From: an uncultured Chloroflexia bacterium
Lineage (GTDB): Bacteria; Chloroflexota; Limnocylindria; Limnocylindrales; CSP1-4
NCBI GenBank assembly: GCA_963749705.1
Contig: CAVVNQ010000004.1
Location: 160,001-224,000 of the forward strand
DNA: 64,000 nucleotides
Direction: 5' to 3'
Shown: one piece after another, positions 49,087-59,654 of the stretch
Layout of the letters: each line of letters begins with the position of its first letter
Numbering within the stretch: position 1 is the first letter of the stretch
Notes under the pieces: generated by a model
Databases searched by the model: none
Told to the model about the DNA's origin: nothing
What the model saw: only the letters and a program-made list of their open reading frames with translations
Translations under genes and position numbers: made by a program

Positions 49087-50016
49087 TCAGGCGGGAAGCG
49101 CGGCGACCAGGTCCTTGACGGCCGCCACCGAGCGGTCGAACGCGACGCGCTCCTCGTCGGTGAGCGTGATCTCGAACACCCGCTCGAGCCCGCCCTTGCC
49201 GAGCACCACCGGCACGCCCACGAACAGCCCATCGACGCCGAACTCGCCCTGGAGGTACGTGGCGCACGGCAGGACGCGCTTCCGGTCGCGCAGGATGGCG
49301 TCGACCATCTCGAACGTCGACGCCGCGGGGGCGTAGTACGCGGAGCCCGTCTTGAGCAGCGCCACGATCTCGGCGCCGCCGTTCGCGGTCCTGGCCTCGA
49401 GCGCCTTGACCCGCTCGGCCGGCAGCAGCTCCGTGATCGGCACGCCCGCGACGGTCGAGTAGCGCGACAGCGGGACCATGGTGTCGCCGTGACCGCCGAG
49501 CACGAACGCGTGAACGTCCTCCACGGACACACCCAGCTCCATCGCGATGAACGTCCGGAACCGGGCGGAGTCCAGCACCCCGGCCATCCCCAGCACGCGC
49601 TCGCGCGGGAACCCGGACGCGCGCATCGCCACGTGGCACATGACGTCGAGCGGGTTGGTGACCACGATCAGGATCGCGTCCGGCGAGACCGCTGCGGCGG
49701 CCTTGACCACGCCGCCCACGATGCCCGCGTTGGTCGCGATCAGGTCGTCGCGGCTCATGCCCGGCTTGCGCGGGATCCCGGACGTGACGACGATGATGTC
49801 GGACCCGGCCGTGTCCGCATAGTCGTTGGTGCCCAGGATCCGCGCGTCGTGCCCCACGACCGGGGCTGCCTCGGCGAGGTCGAGCCCCTTGCCCTGCGGC
49901 AGGCCGTCGACGATGTCGACGAGGACGACGTCGGCCAGCCCTGCTTCCGCGATCCGCTGCGCGGTGGTGGCGCCGACGTTGCCTGCGCCGATGACGGTGA
50001 CCTTGTTGCGTGCCAT
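49087..50016 (-). CDS. mdh: Malate dehydrogenase (LDH-like)
   Basis: [41 protein letters not shown]. Confidence 0.97.
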   Translation of the reverse strand: MARNKVTVIGAGNVGATTAQRIAEAGLADVVLVDIVDGLPQGKGLDLAEAAPVVGHDARILGTNDYADTAGSDIIVVTSGIPRKPGMSRDDLIATNAGIVGGVVKAAAAVSPDAILIVVTNPLDVMCHVAMRASGFPRERVLGMAGVLDSARFRTFIAMELGVSVEDVHAFVLGGHGDTMVPLSRYSTVAGVPITELLPAERVKALEARTANGGAEIVALLKTGSAYYAPAASTFEMVDAILRDRKRVLPCATYLQGEFGVDGLFVGVPVVLGKGGLERVFEITLTDEERVAFDRSVAAVKDLVAALPA

Positions 50017-50123
50017 GACTCGAGCGCCTCCTTGGGCCTGGTGGATCGCGGCCGCCGGACCCGTGGCCCGGCCCGCCGCGCGTGCGTGTGCGTCGCTCCC
50101 CGCGTCCCCGGTGATCTCCTCCG

Positions 50124-51722
50124 TCAGCCCGCGGGCTTGCTGGCGTCGAGCGGGACCGGCCCGGCCTCGCGGATCGCCACGCTGACGCCGTCGGCGTACT
50201 TCGCGAAGTTGTCGTGGAACATCGTGGCGAGCTTCCGGGCGGCCGCGTCGTAGGCCGCCGGATCGGGCCAGTTGTTGCGCGGCACGAGGACCTCATCGGG
50301 TACGCCGGGCACCGCCACCGGGACGGCGATCCGGAAGATCGGGTCATCGACGGTCTCGACGCCTTCGAGCTCCCCGCTCAGCGCTGCCCGGACCATGTTC
50401 CGGGTGTGGTCGATGTTCATCCGGTGGCCGGTGCCGTAGGGTCCGGCCGTCCAGCCCGTGTTGACCAGCCAGACGGGAACGTCAAACTGCTCCAGACGGC
50501 TCACCAGCATGTCGGCGTACTCCCCCGGGTGGCGGGGCAGGAAGGGGGCACCGAACGCGGCCGAGAACGTCGCCGACGGCTCCTTGACGCCGATCTCGGT
50601 GCCCGCGAGCTTGGCCGTGTATCCGCTGATGAAGTGATACGCCGCCTGCTCCCGGGTGAGCCGGCTGATCGGCGGCAGCACGCCGAACGCATCGGCGGTC
50701 AGGAACACGACGTTGCGCGGACCGCCGGCCACCCCGGTGGGATCCGCATTGCCGATGAAGTGCAGGGGGTAGGCGCCGCGGGTGTTCTCGGTGAACCGCT
50801 CCGAGTCGAGGTCCAGCTCGCGGGTGGCGGGGTCGATGTCGACGTTCTCGAGGATCGTCCCGAAGCGCTTCGTTGCCGCGAAGATGTCGGGCTCGTACAT
50901 CGACGACAGGCGGATCGTCTTGGCGTAGCAGCCGCCCTCGAAGTTGAACGTGTAGCCGTCACCCCAGCCATGCTCGTCGTCGCCGATCAGGCTGCGCATC
51001 GGATCGGCGGACAGCGTCGTCTTGCCGGTGCCCGAGAGGCCGAAGAACACGCATGCGTCACCGGCCTTGCCGACGTTGATCGAGGAGTGCATCGGGAGCA
51101 CGCCCTCGTCGGGCATCAGGTAGTTCATGACCGTGAACGCGGACTTCTTGATCTCGCCCGCGTACATGGTCCCGACGATGATCACCTCCATCCGCTGCAG
51201 GTGGAGCAGGATCGCGGTCGAGCTGCGGGTGCCTTCGGTCGTCGGGTCGGCCTCGAAGCTGGGCACGTTGATGATCGTGAAGTTGGGCGTGAAGCCCTCC
51301 AGGTCCTCGCGCGGCGGCCGGCGGAACAGGTTGCGCGCGAAGATGCTCGCCCACGCCGTCTCGGTGTACACGCGCAGGCTGCGCCGGTGCGACGGGTGGG
51401 CGCCGATGTACATGTCCTGCGCGTACAGCTGCTTGTCCGCGACATACGCCATCAGCCGCTCGCGGAGCCGGTCGTAGTGTGCCTCGCTGATCTCGTGGTT
51501 GACCTCGCCCCACCAGACCTTGTCCTGGCTCCAGGGCTCGCGGACGACGAACTTGTCCTTGGGCGAGCGACCGGTGTGCTGCCCGGTCCGCACGACGAGC
51601 GGACCCTCGGCCGCGATCTCGCCCTCACCGGCCGCGATCGCCCGCTCGTAGAGCTCGGCGGTCGAGAGGTTGGTCAGCAGGCTGCCGCCGATCCGGGACG
51701 TTGGAGAGGTCGTGATCGCCAT
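50124..51722 (-). CDS. pckA: Phosphoenolpyruvate carboxykinase (ATP)
   Basis: [51 protein letters not shown]. Confidence 0.97.
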   Translation of the reverse strand: MAITTSPTSRIGGSLLTNLSTAELYERAIAAGEGEIAAEGPLVVRTGQHTGRSPKDKFVVREPWSQDKVWWGEVNHEISEAHYDRLRERLMAYVADKQLYAQDMYIGAHPSHRRSLRVYTETAWASIFARNLFRRPPREDLEGFTPNFTIINVPSFEADPTTEGTRSSTAILLHLQRMEVIIVGTMYAGEIKKSAFTVMNYLMPDEGVLPMHSSINVGKAGDACVFFGLSGTGKTTLSADPMRSLIGDDEHGWGDGYTFNFEGGCYAKTIRLSSMYEPDIFAATKRFGTILENVDIDPATRELDLDSERFTENTRGAYPLHFIGNADPTGVAGGPRNVVFLTADAFGVLPPISRLTREQAAYHFISGYTAKLAGTEIGVKEPSATFSAAFGAPFLPRHPGEYADMLVSRLEQFDVPVWLVNTGWTAGPYGTGHRMNIDHTRNMVRAALSGELEGVETVDDPIFRIAVPVAVPGVPDEVLVPRNNWPDPAAYDAAARKLATMFHDNFAKYADGVSVAIREAGPVPLDASKPAG

Positions 51723-51828
51723 GCTTGGTACCTCGACTGCGGTGCGGGCCTGCGGCCCGCGCTGGGGCACGTGACCGGCCGCGCGTGACGGGCGGATCGC
51801 CCGGGAGTCGGCTTTCGCAGTCAAGGGT

Positions 51829-51861
51829 TGCGAATCGGTTTCGGTGCATTGTAACCGTTCA
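51829..51861 (-). promoter_or_regulatory. pckA promoter (-10 TACAAT) with two LacI/cre-like sites
   Basis: TGTAACCGTTCA (51850-51861) overlaps the -10; TGCGAATCGGTTTCG (51829-51843) lies downstream. Confidence 0.45.
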
Positions 51862-52167
51862 TTCGGACCGCCGGCCAACGGCCGAAGGTCACGTCTCGCA
51901 CGCGGCCCCGGGACCAGGCGCTGGGTTGCCGGCGTTCGACGAGCGTCCTCGGCGCCGACGTCCGGCGTTCCCCTCGCCGGCGCGATCACCCGCAGGCGTC
52001 ACCAAGCGGCCGATCGCGTCGTCGTGATGCGCCCCAGTGGTCAATCCGACCCGTTATGCCCGTCCCGGCGTCGTGCTGATCGGTGTCAGACATCATCACG
52101 ACAAACGGCCGCCCATCGTGACGCCGCCGGGTCATCGCCCGATCGCGCGCCTGCGGACCGAGCCGAC

Positions 52168-53355
52168 TCAGCCGCCGAACCACCAGTCGACGAGCGTGCC
52201 CGTCCAGGGCGGCGTCGGTTCGAGCCACAGGTCCTCGGCAAGGACCGTCCGCCCGCCATCCGCCGCAATCCCGACGACGAACGACGCGGTCGTGATCCGG
52301 TCACGCGGGTGCGGCAGCGACCACGACAGGTCGACCGTCGGCGCGCTGCGGGCCGAAACCACGAGCAGCGGCGCGGAGCCGAACCGGACGACGCCGTCCA
52401 CGTCGACGGCAGGCCAGACCTCGACCTTCAGCGTCGGATAGCGGGTCACCAGGACGGAAGCCTCCGGGCCGAGGTCGATGCTGACCTGCCCGTACCCGTC
52501 GCCAAACGCCGACCACGAGAGCTGGGCGCCGGTGTTCGCCACGTCGGCGGCCGGCGGCGCTGCGCCGATCGGCGACGTGTCGGCCGTCCAGCCACCGCGA
52601 TCGGAGTCCGTGGTCGTGGCAAGCGCGACGAGCGTCATCGGGATCACCAGGGCCAGGGCCAGCACCGCGGCAGGCAGGAGCCCGACCCGGATCGTCGGGC
52701 GCTCGGGTGCGCGGAGCGCGGCGACGGCGAAGGCGAACGGCGCCAGCGGCAGGCCGACGGCCAGGACCGGATCCATGGCGAGCGGGACGAGCAGCCACGT
52801 CCCTGCCGACCCGATCGCAAGACCCAGCGCCGCAACGACCGCGCGCACGCCCCGCACCGAGCGCACCGCCGGACCGGCAACGCGCGCGGGCACGATCCAT
52901 CCCAGGTATGCGAATCCAAGGCCGGTGGCGACGACCGTGACCAGGCTGCCCACCGGCCCACCGAAGTAGCTCGATGTCGACCGGCCCAGCGCATGAAGCA
53001 CCGTCGACGCAATCGGGATGGCAAGGATCGAGGCGATCGCGAGGACGAAGAGCGCGAACAGGTACGTCCGGAATCCCTCGACCAGGACCACCCGAGCCCC
53101 GCCACCGATCGCCGCCAGCACCTGCCGGCGGCCACGATGCGCGCGGCCCATGGCCGCGGCGAGCTGCCGCGGATCGCCCATCTGCCGGATCGCGCGCCGG
53201 TCCGCGTCGCCCGCCTCGTAGCCGGACGCGCGCAGGGCAGCCACGGCATCGTCGAGGTGGCCCGCGAGCTCCTCGAGGACGTCGCCGGCGATCGGTGCCG
53301 GGAGGTCCAGCCGGGCGCGGACCTCGGACAGGAAACGTTCGCGTTCCTCAGGCAC
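52168..53355 (-). CDS. Membrane protein with N-terminal HAAS/permease-prefix domain (PadR partner)
   Basis: LEELAGHLDDAV..AIRQMGDP, multiple TM helices; overlaps the padR stop. Confidence 0.78.
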   Translation of the reverse strand: MPEERERFLSEVRARLDLPAPIAGDVLEELAGHLDDAVAALRASGYEAGDADRRAIRQMGDPRQLAAAMGRAHRGRRQVLAAIGGGARVVLVEGFRTYLFALFVLAIASILAIPIASTVLHALGRSTSSYFGGPVGSLVTVVATGLGFAYLGWIVPARVAGPAVRSVRGVRAVVAALGLAIGSAGTWLLVPLAMDPVLAVGLPLAPFAFAVAALRAPERPTIRVGLLPAAVLALALVIPMTLVALATTTDSDRGGWTADTSPIGAAPPAADVANTGAQLSWSAFGDGYGQVSIDLGPEASVLVTRYPTLKVEVWPAVDVDGVVRFGSAPLLVVSARSAPTVDLSWSLPHPRDRITTASFVVGIAADGGRTVLAEDLWLEPTPPWTGTLVDWWFGG

Positions 53356-53713
53356 CGGACACCTCCGGGGACGCGCCCGCGACGCGTACGATCGCGTCGC
53401 TGAAGTCGTCCCACTCGCGGGCGTGGCTCGCGAGCATCGCGCTTCCGGCCTGGGTGATGCGATACCACCGGCGGCGCGGTCCACGGTCGCCCGCGCGCCA
53501 GGTGGCCGTCAGCGCCCCCTCCGTCTCCAGCCGATGCAGCGTCGGGTAGAGCGAGCCTTCGCTGGGCACGAAGGCACCCTCGCTCCGGTCGCGGATCAGG
53601 GCGGCGATCTGGTAGCCGTAGAGCTCGCCGTCGCGCAGCACCGAGAGCACGAGGTAGGCCATCGCGCCCTTGAGCAGCTGGCTGCGCAGGGGATCCCGGT
53701 TCACAGACGCCAC
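53348..53713 (-). CDS. PadR-family transcriptional regulator
   Basis: QLLKG, ELYGYQI, EGSLYPTLHRLE, RRWYRITQAG. Confidence 0.93.
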   Translation of the reverse strand: MASVNRDPLRSQLLKGAMAYLVLSVLRDGELYGYQIAALIRDRSEGAFVPSEGSLYPTLHRLETEGALTATWRAGDRGPRRRWYRITQAGSAMLASHAREWDDFSDAIVRVAGASPEVSGA

Positions 53714-53832
53714 CTACATCGGATTACGACATAGCAATGGTGCGCCGCGCCGGCACGGGTGTCAATCGGTGGCGCGAGCGTCTTCCGGTGGCGCGAGGGT
53801 CTTTCGCCGGCGCGCCGTCCCCGACCGCGCGC

Positions 53833-55065
53833 CTACGCCCGGTCGAGCGCCTGCGCGAGATCCGCGACGAGGTCGTCCGCAGCCTCGATGCCGACCGAGA
53901 GCCGCACCAGCGCCCCGTCCACCTCGAGCGGCGACGACGCCACCGACGCGTGGGTCATGGCGGCGGGCAGCTCGATCAGCGACTCGACGCCGCCGAGCGA
54001 CTCGGCGAGCGTGAACAGGCGCGTCGAGCCGCACACGACCGTTGCGCGCTGCGCGGCGGTTCGCCGGTGCGGTCCGCCCTCGGTCGGGATGAACGAGACC
54101 ATGCCACCGAACGCCGGCTCGCCGCCCAGCCGCATCTGGCGAGCCGCAACCGCGGCCTGCGCATGGGCGTGGGGGCCATCCACCAGGCCGGGATATCGCA
54201 CGACCGCCACGTCCGCTCGACCCGCCAGGAACGCGGCAACGGCCATGGCATTCGCACTGTGCCGCTCCATGCGGAGGGCCAGGGTCCGGAGCCCGCGGAG
54301 CACGAGGAAGCAGTCGAACGGACCGGGAACCGCGCCCATCGCGTTCTGGAGGAAGCGGAGGCGCTCGGCAATGGCGTCGTCGTTGGTCACGACCACGCCG
54401 ACGATCGCGTCCGAGTGTCCGCCCAGGTACTTGGTCGCCGAGTGGAACACGATGTCGGCACCCAGCTCGAGCGGTCGCTGCAGCGCCGGCGACGCGAACG
54501 TGTTGTCGACGACGAGCCGTGGCTTGTCGCTCCCCGCCTGATCGGCCCACTCGCGGATCGCCCTGGCCGCGGCCGCGATGTCCGTGACCTTGAGCAGCGG
54601 GTTGGACGGCGTCTCGAACCACACCAGGCGGGTCCGCCCGTTGAGCCCCTCCCAAACGGCCTCGGGCTTGCCGGCCAGGTCGACGTATCGCGCGTTCCCG
54701 GATCCCGCCGGCCGGTGGACACGCTCGAAGTAGCGGAACGTGCCGCCGTAGACGTCGTCGCCGACCAGGATCTCCTCACCGGCGGCGGCCAGCTGGGCGA
54801 TCGCGGCCGTCGCCGCCGAGCCGCTCGCAAACGCGATCCCGTGGCGACCGCCCTCGAGATCCGCGACGGCCCGCTCGAGCCGCTCCCGGGTCGGGTTCTG
54901 GGTTCGGGCGTACTCGTAGCCGCGGCGCGGCTTCCCGACGCCGTCCTGGGCGTAGGTCGAGGTCTGGTAGATCGGCGGAGCCACCGCACCCGTCAGCTCG
55001 TCGGGCTCCTGGCCGGCATGGACGGTGCGGGTGGCAAAGGCGTCGCGAGCGTCGGCGTCGGGCAT
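53833..55065 (-). CDS. Cystathionine gamma-synthase/gamma-lyase
   Basis: GAVAPPIYQTSTY, YARTQNPT, ETPSNP, VDNTF, HSATKYLGGHSD, LAESLGGVES. Confidence 0.93.
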   Translation of the reverse strand: MPDADARDAFATRTVHAGQEPDELTGAVAPPIYQTSTYAQDGVGKPRRGYEYARTQNPTRERLERAVADLEGGRHGIAFASGSAATAAIAQLAAAGEEILVGDDVYGGTFRYFERVHRPAGSGNARYVDLAGKPEAVWEGLNGRTRLVWFETPSNPLLKVTDIAAAARAIREWADQAGSDKPRLVVDNTFASPALQRPLELGADIVFHSATKYLGGHSDAIVGVVVTNDDAIAERLRFLQNAMGAVPGPFDCFLVLRGLRTLALRMERHSANAMAVAAFLAGRADVAVVRYPGLVDGPHAHAQAAVAARQMRLGGEPAFGGMVSFIPTEGGPHRRTAAQRATVVCGSTRLFTLAESLGGVESLIELPAAMTHASVASSPLEVDGALVRLSVGIEAADDLVADLAQALDRA

Positions 55066-55137
55066 GGCGTGATCATCGCACGCACGTTGCCGCAGCCGGC
55101 GCCGCACGCACCAGGTGCCGGCCGGGGAGGCGGCGCC

Positions 55138-56556
55138 TTACCCCTTGCGGTGCGCGAGGTGCTCGAGCAGGTCGAGCTTGGTCACGACGCCCATCGGGCG
55201 CCCGTCGCGGACCGCGAGCAGCGCCGGCGCCCCGTCCGACAGCAACGCGAACGCCTCGTCGACCGACGCCGCCACGTCGAGCGTCGGCAGCGGCGCGTCC
55301 ATCACCTCGCCGACCGTCCGCTCCACCAGCTCCGGGTTCCGATACGCGCGCTCGAGCAGGCCCTTCTCGCTCACGGAGCCGACGATCCCGGCCAGCGCGG
55401 TGCCGTCAGGCTGTTCGGACACGGGCAGCTGGCTGATCCCGAAGCGCTGGAGCAGCTCGATCGCCTCGCCCACCCGGTCGGTCGTCCGGGCCAGGACGAC
55501 ATCCGGGATGTCGCCTTCGTGGTAGCGCTCGCGCAGCAGCTCCGCGACGTGCGTGACGGCGCCGCTCGTGGTGAGCAGGCCGTTGGCCCGCATCCACTCG
55601 TCGTTGTACAGCTTCGACAGGTAGTTGCGACCGCCGTCGGGCAGGAGCACGACCACGACCGCGTCCGGCGCCGAGTCGGGCTCGTCGCGCATGATCCGGC
55701 CGACCTCGTCGAGCGCTGCGAGCATCGCGGTCCCGCACAATTCGCCGGCCAGGATCCCCTCCTCGCGGGTGATCCGGCGCGCCATCGCGAACGCGTCGCG
55801 GTCGCTCACGCGGACCCATCGATCGACGACCGCCGGGTCATGGGTGCCGGGCATGAAGTCCTCGCCCACGCCCTCGGTCAGGTACGGGCGCGCGGCATCG
55901 CCCGACAGGACGCTGCCCTCGGGATCGGCGCCCACGATCCGGATGCCCGGGTTCTGCCCCTTGAGGTAGTGGCCGATCCCCGAGATCGTGCCACCGGTGC
56001 CCGCCGACGCCACCAGGTGCGTGATCCGGCCGTCGGTCTGGGCCCAGATCTCGGGGCCCGTGGTCCGCTCGTGGGCCGCCGGGTTCTCCATGTTCCAGTA
56101 CTGGTCCGGCTTGAACGCGCCGGGGATGTCCCGGGCAAGCCGGGCCGCGACCGAGTAGTAGCTCTCGGGGGACTCGGGGTCGACGTTGGTCGGGCACAGG
56201 ACGACCTCGGCGCCGTACGCACGGAGCAGGGCCTGCTTCTCGGCCGACTGCTTGTCCGCCATCACGAAGATGCAGCGGTAGCCCTTGAGCGCGGCCGCGA
56301 TGGCGAGGCCATGGCCGGTATTGCCCGACGTGGGCTCGATGATCGTGCCGCCGGGCCTGAGCAGGCCGGCGCGTTCGGCGGCCTCGATCATCGGCAGCCC
56401 GATCCGGTCCTTGACCGACCCGCCGGGGTTGAGCATCTCGAGCTTGGCCAGGAGCAGGGGCCGGCGGTCCGCAGGCCCGAGGTCACGAGTGAGGCGGGAG
56501 ATCCGGACGAGCGGGGTGTTCCCGACCAGGTCGATGATCGATTCGGCGTACTGCAT
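55138..56556 (-). CDS. cbs: Cystathionine beta-synthase with CBS pair
   Basis: NPGGSVKDR, EPTSGNTG, GTGGT, PDGGRNYLSK, C-terminal CBS domains. Confidence 0.93.
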   Translation of the reverse strand: MQYAESIIDLVGNTPLVRISRLTRDLGPADRRPLLLAKLEMLNPGGSVKDRIGLPMIEAAERAGLLRPGGTIIEPTSGNTGHGLAIAAALKGYRCIFVMADKQSAEKQALLRAYGAEVVLCPTNVDPESPESYYSVAARLARDIPGAFKPDQYWNMENPAAHERTTGPEIWAQTDGRITHLVASAGTGGTISGIGHYLKGQNPGIRIVGADPEGSVLSGDAARPYLTEGVGEDFMPGTHDPAVVDRWVRVSDRDAFAMARRITREEGILAGELCGTAMLAALDEVGRIMRDEPDSAPDAVVVVLLPDGGRNYLSKLYNDEWMRANGLLTTSGAVTHVAELLRERYHEGDIPDVVLARTTDRVGEAIELLQRFGISQLPVSEQPDGTALAGIVGSVSEKGLLERAYRNPELVERTVGEVMDAPLPTLDVAASVDEAFALLSDGAPALLAVRDGRPMGVVTKLDLLEHLAHRKG

Positions 56557-56602
56557 CCGCCGGAGCATACCCGGCGGACCGGGCTCCGGCGCTCGCGGCA
56601 CG

Positions 56603-57505
56603 TCAGGCGCCTTCGAGATCGCGGTCGAGTCGCCCGCGTCGCAGGAGCAGCCACGTCAGACGCCGGCGGAGGCGGCGCGGGCGTTCGGGCGGATCCACCG
56701 TGCCGGGGTACAGCGCCTCGACCGCGGGGCCGAGCCGAGCCTCGAACGCTGCCGTGACCCGGCGGGCGAGGTCGAGCTCGTCGCGCGATCCCGGCGCCGG
56801 GAGCGTGCCGTCCCACGTGTCGCCGAGCAGGTCGCGGGCGCTGGTAGGCGGGAGGACGCGGGACGCCATCCGCCGCCCGATGTACAGCTCCTCCGTGCCG
56901 GCCATCGCCAGCAGCACGATCGGCGCGCCGGTTCGCAGCGCGATCAGCGCGGCGCCGTTGCGGAACGGCCCGATCCGCCCGGGCGGCCCGCTCACCGTGC
57001 CCTCGGGCATCTGGACGAACACGCCGCCGTTGCGGATGACCGCCTCGGCCGATGCCACGTGGTGATCGACTCCGATGCCGCCTCGCCACACGGGCAGCAG
57101 GCCGCCGAGCCGGTGGATGAGGACCTCCCGCCAGCGGGCGGTGAACGTCGAGGGCGCCGAGCCCAGGAACCAGCAGCGTGGCTCGCCGGGCAGCGCGTGC
57201 ATCGCCACGAACGGGTCCATCCAGCCGCGGTGGGCCGCGGCGATCAGGAAGTAGCCGCCGGTCCGCGGCAGGTGCTCCTGTCCGGATGTTTCGATCCGGA
57301 ACCGGAACACGCCGAACAACAGGAGCCGGGCGACCAGGCGGATCACGCGGTACAGCATCGACGCGCGCGATTCCGGCGCGCGGCCCAGCCAGGCGAGCCC
57401 CTCGCGAGCGTTGCCGCGCGACGCCGCCATGGCCTCCGGAGCGATCCGGGCGGGGGGCGGCCGTCGCCTGCGGGAGTCGGGCGCGGGCAGGTCGGGTTCG
57501 GTCAC
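56603..57505 (-). CDS. Lysophospholipid acyltransferase (PlsC-like)
   Basis: HRGWMD (Hx4D), MPEGT, FRNGAALIA, APIV. Confidence 0.88.
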   Translation of the reverse strand: MTEPDLPAPDSRRRRPPPARIAPEAMAASRGNAREGLAWLGRAPESRASMLYRVIRLVARLLLFGVFRFRIETSGQEHLPRTGGYFLIAAAHRGWMDPFVAMHALPGEPRCWFLGSAPSTFTARWREVLIHRLGGLLPVWRGGIGVDHHVASAEAVIRNGGVFVQMPEGTVSGPPGRIGPFRNGAALIALRTGAPIVLLAMAGTEELYIGRRMASRVLPPTSARDLLGDTWDGTLPAPGSRDELDLARRVTAAFEARLGPAVEALYPGTVDPPERPRRLRRRLTWLLLRRGRLDRDLEGA

Positions 57506-57559
57506 GTCCGGCGCCGGAGCGTCGGGGGCCGGAGCGTCGGGGGCCGGCGCGTCGGCGGG

Positions 57560-58666
57560 TCAGGCGTCGGTCGCGGTACGCCCATCGGTGTCGGAGGCAT
57601 CGTCGCCGCCGGCTCCCTCGTCGTCGTCGCCCTCGTCGTCGTCGCCCTCGTCGTCGTCGCCCTGGTCGTCGTCGCCGTCGTCGTCGGTTCCCTCGTCGCC
57701 CTCGTGGCCGTCGTCCGGTCCGTCGAACCCGCCGTCGTCGTCGTCGACCTCGACCCAGTCCTCGCCATCCTCGGGCTCGGGCGGTTCGCCCCAGCGATCG
57801 GCGTCCGCCGCGCTGGGCCGATGCCGGATGGCGAGCACGATCAGCGAGCCGGCAATCGCGAGCAGCGAGATCACGATCGCCGTCGGCACCCCGAAGAACG
57901 TCCAGTTGCCCGTGCGCAGCGTCTCGAGCGCCATCCGGACCACCGCGTACCAGATCAGGAAGATGAGCAGCAGGTCGCCCGGGCGCATGCGCCGTCCGTA
58001 CCGTCGCGCGATCCACAGCAGCGCGAACGCCCCGATCACGCCGCTCAGCGACTCGTACAGGAACAGCGGATGGAACGCCGTGGTCGCGGCCGGGTACGCA
58101 TCACACGGGAACTCGGCCACCCGGTGGGCACAGTCGATCGCGATCCCCCACGGCGCGTTGGTCGGCGGCCCGTACAGCTCCTGGTTGAAGAAGTTGCCCC
58201 AGCGCCCGATCGCCTGCATCACGAACAGGCCGGGCGCGATGACGTCCGCCCAACGCCAGAACGACTGCTTCCAGTACCGGGTGAGGACCCACGCGGCCAG
58301 CACGCCGGTGAAGATGCCGCCGTAGACCCCCAGGCCCGTGTACGGCGGCAGGACGATCTTGAGCAGGTCGTCCTGGTAGAGGCGCCACTGATCGATGACG
58401 TGGTACATCCGGCCGCCGATCAGCGCCGCGACGGCGACGATGATGATCCCGTTGTCCACGAGCCGGGCATCGAGACCTCGCCGGCGCGCCTCACGGGTGA
58501 TGACCACGTAGCTCGCAGCGATGCCCACCGCGTAGCAGATCCCGTACCAGAACACCGGGACGGGCCCGAGATGGATCGCGATCGGCTCGGGAGTCCACGA
58601 GATGATGGCCAGGACCGATACCAGGGCGGCCAGCGGGACAGATACGGCGAACGAGATCGGGGGCAT
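57560..58666 (-). CDS. lgt: Prolipoprotein diacylglyceryl transferase with acidic C-terminal tail
   Basis: WYG, GGRMYHV, QAIGRWGNFFNQELYG, HPLFLYES, R..LETLR; tail contains (GDDDE)n. Confidence 0.93.
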   Translation of the reverse strand: MPPISFAVSVPLAALVSVLAIISWTPEPIAIHLGPVPVFWYGICYAVGIAASYVVITREARRRGLDARLVDNGIIIVAVAALIGGRMYHVIDQWRLYQDDLLKIVLPPYTGLGVYGGIFTGVLAAWVLTRYWKQSFWRWADVIAPGLFVMQAIGRWGNFFNQELYGPPTNAPWGIAIDCAHRVAEFPCDAYPAATTAFHPLFLYESLSGVIGAFALLWIARRYGRRMRPGDLLLIFLIWYAVVRMALETLRTGNWTFFGVPTAIVISLLAIAGSLIVLAIRHRPSAADADRWGEPPEPEDGEDWVEVDDDDGGFDGPDDGHEGDEGTDDDGDDDQGDDDEGDDDEGDDDEGAGGDDASDTDGRTATDA

Positions 58667-58854
58667 GTCGGCGCAGTGTAGCCCGCGATCGGGTCCCCCG
58701 GGTTCGGTCGCCCGGGGGTCGGATCGCCGGTCACCCGACGATGGCCGGGGGCGAGGCCCGACGCCCACGTGCGGCCCGATCGCGAACGGCGCTCCGGTCG
58801 AGTATCCTCGGGCCCGATGCACGCCTGTCCGACCTGTCGCCCTGAGAGACCCCG

Positions 58855-59400
58855 GTGAGCGCCGAGTTCAACTGGTGGCTGCTGATCGTCGGGCTGATCG
58901 CCGGTGGTGCGCTGACCTGGCTGGTCCTCGCCGACTCGACCCGGCGAGAGCGGGAGGTCGGCGACGAGGAGCTCGCCGCGGAGGCCGGCTGGATCGCCCG
59001 CGCGCTGCAGCTTCCGGCGGTCGACGGCGAGGTCGCCCGCGCCGTGCTCCGGGCACACCGCAGGTACCTCGGGTTCCCGCCGCCCGACACGCTCGTTGAC
59101 CCCGACGAGCTCGCGCTTGCCGATGCCCCTGTCGAGGCCGCGGCGGCCGACCAGGAGGTCGAGGCCAGGGTGGTCGGCGACCAGGCCGCAGCCGCGATGG
59201 ACGACGATCCGGCGGCGACGGATGTCGACGCACCGGCCACGGCCCCTGCAGCCGATGCCGAGCGCGCGTTGCGGGCCGACCCGCCTGCATCGGGCGACGT
59301 GCCTGCGCCGGGCGACATGCCTCCGCCGGGCGACGTGCCTCCGCCGGGCGATGTGCCGCCCCGGCCCGCGACACCCCCGGGATCGGACGGGGCCGCCTAA
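58855..59400 (+). CDS. Hypothetical N-terminally anchored membrane protein with GDVPPP repeats
   Basis: NWWLLIVGLIAGGALTWLVLA TM; 18-bp repeat, 4 copies, near the C-terminus. Confidence 0.75.
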   Translation: MSAEFNWWLLIVGLIAGGALTWLVLADSTRREREVGDEELAAEAGWIARALQLPAVDGEVARAVLRAHRRYLGFPPPDTLVDPDELALADAPVEAAAADQEVEARVVGDQAAAAMDDDPAATDVDAPATAPAADAERALRADPPASGDVPAPGDMPPPGDVPPPGDVPPRPATPPGSDGAA

Positions 59401-59531
59401 CCGCGATCGTGCGGCGCCGCGCTCCCGCCGTGACGCATGGGATGCATCAAAGGCAACGTCAACGTGGCGGTTCCGGGCCACGAAGACGCGAACCTGGTCC
59501 GAAACCCCGTTGCAGGCGACGAATTGACGCG

Positions 59532-59634
59532 CCGGGTGAGTCGGCACGTGCGGGTGAGTCGGCACGCGCCGGGTGAGTCGGCACGTGCGGGTGAGTCGGC
59601 ACGTGCGGGTGAGTCGGCACGCGCCGGGTGAGCC
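59532..59634. repeat. 18-19 bp tandem repeat CGGGTGAGTCGGCACG(TG/CGC), about 5.5 copies
   Basis: Near-identical units between convergent genes; no spacers. Confidence 0.88.
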
Positions 59635-59654
59635 GTCGGTCCGGCGTCGGACCC

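Noticed and set aside
59532-59634. CRISPR array or replication iterons
   Set aside because: No spacers and no rep or cas gene nearby.
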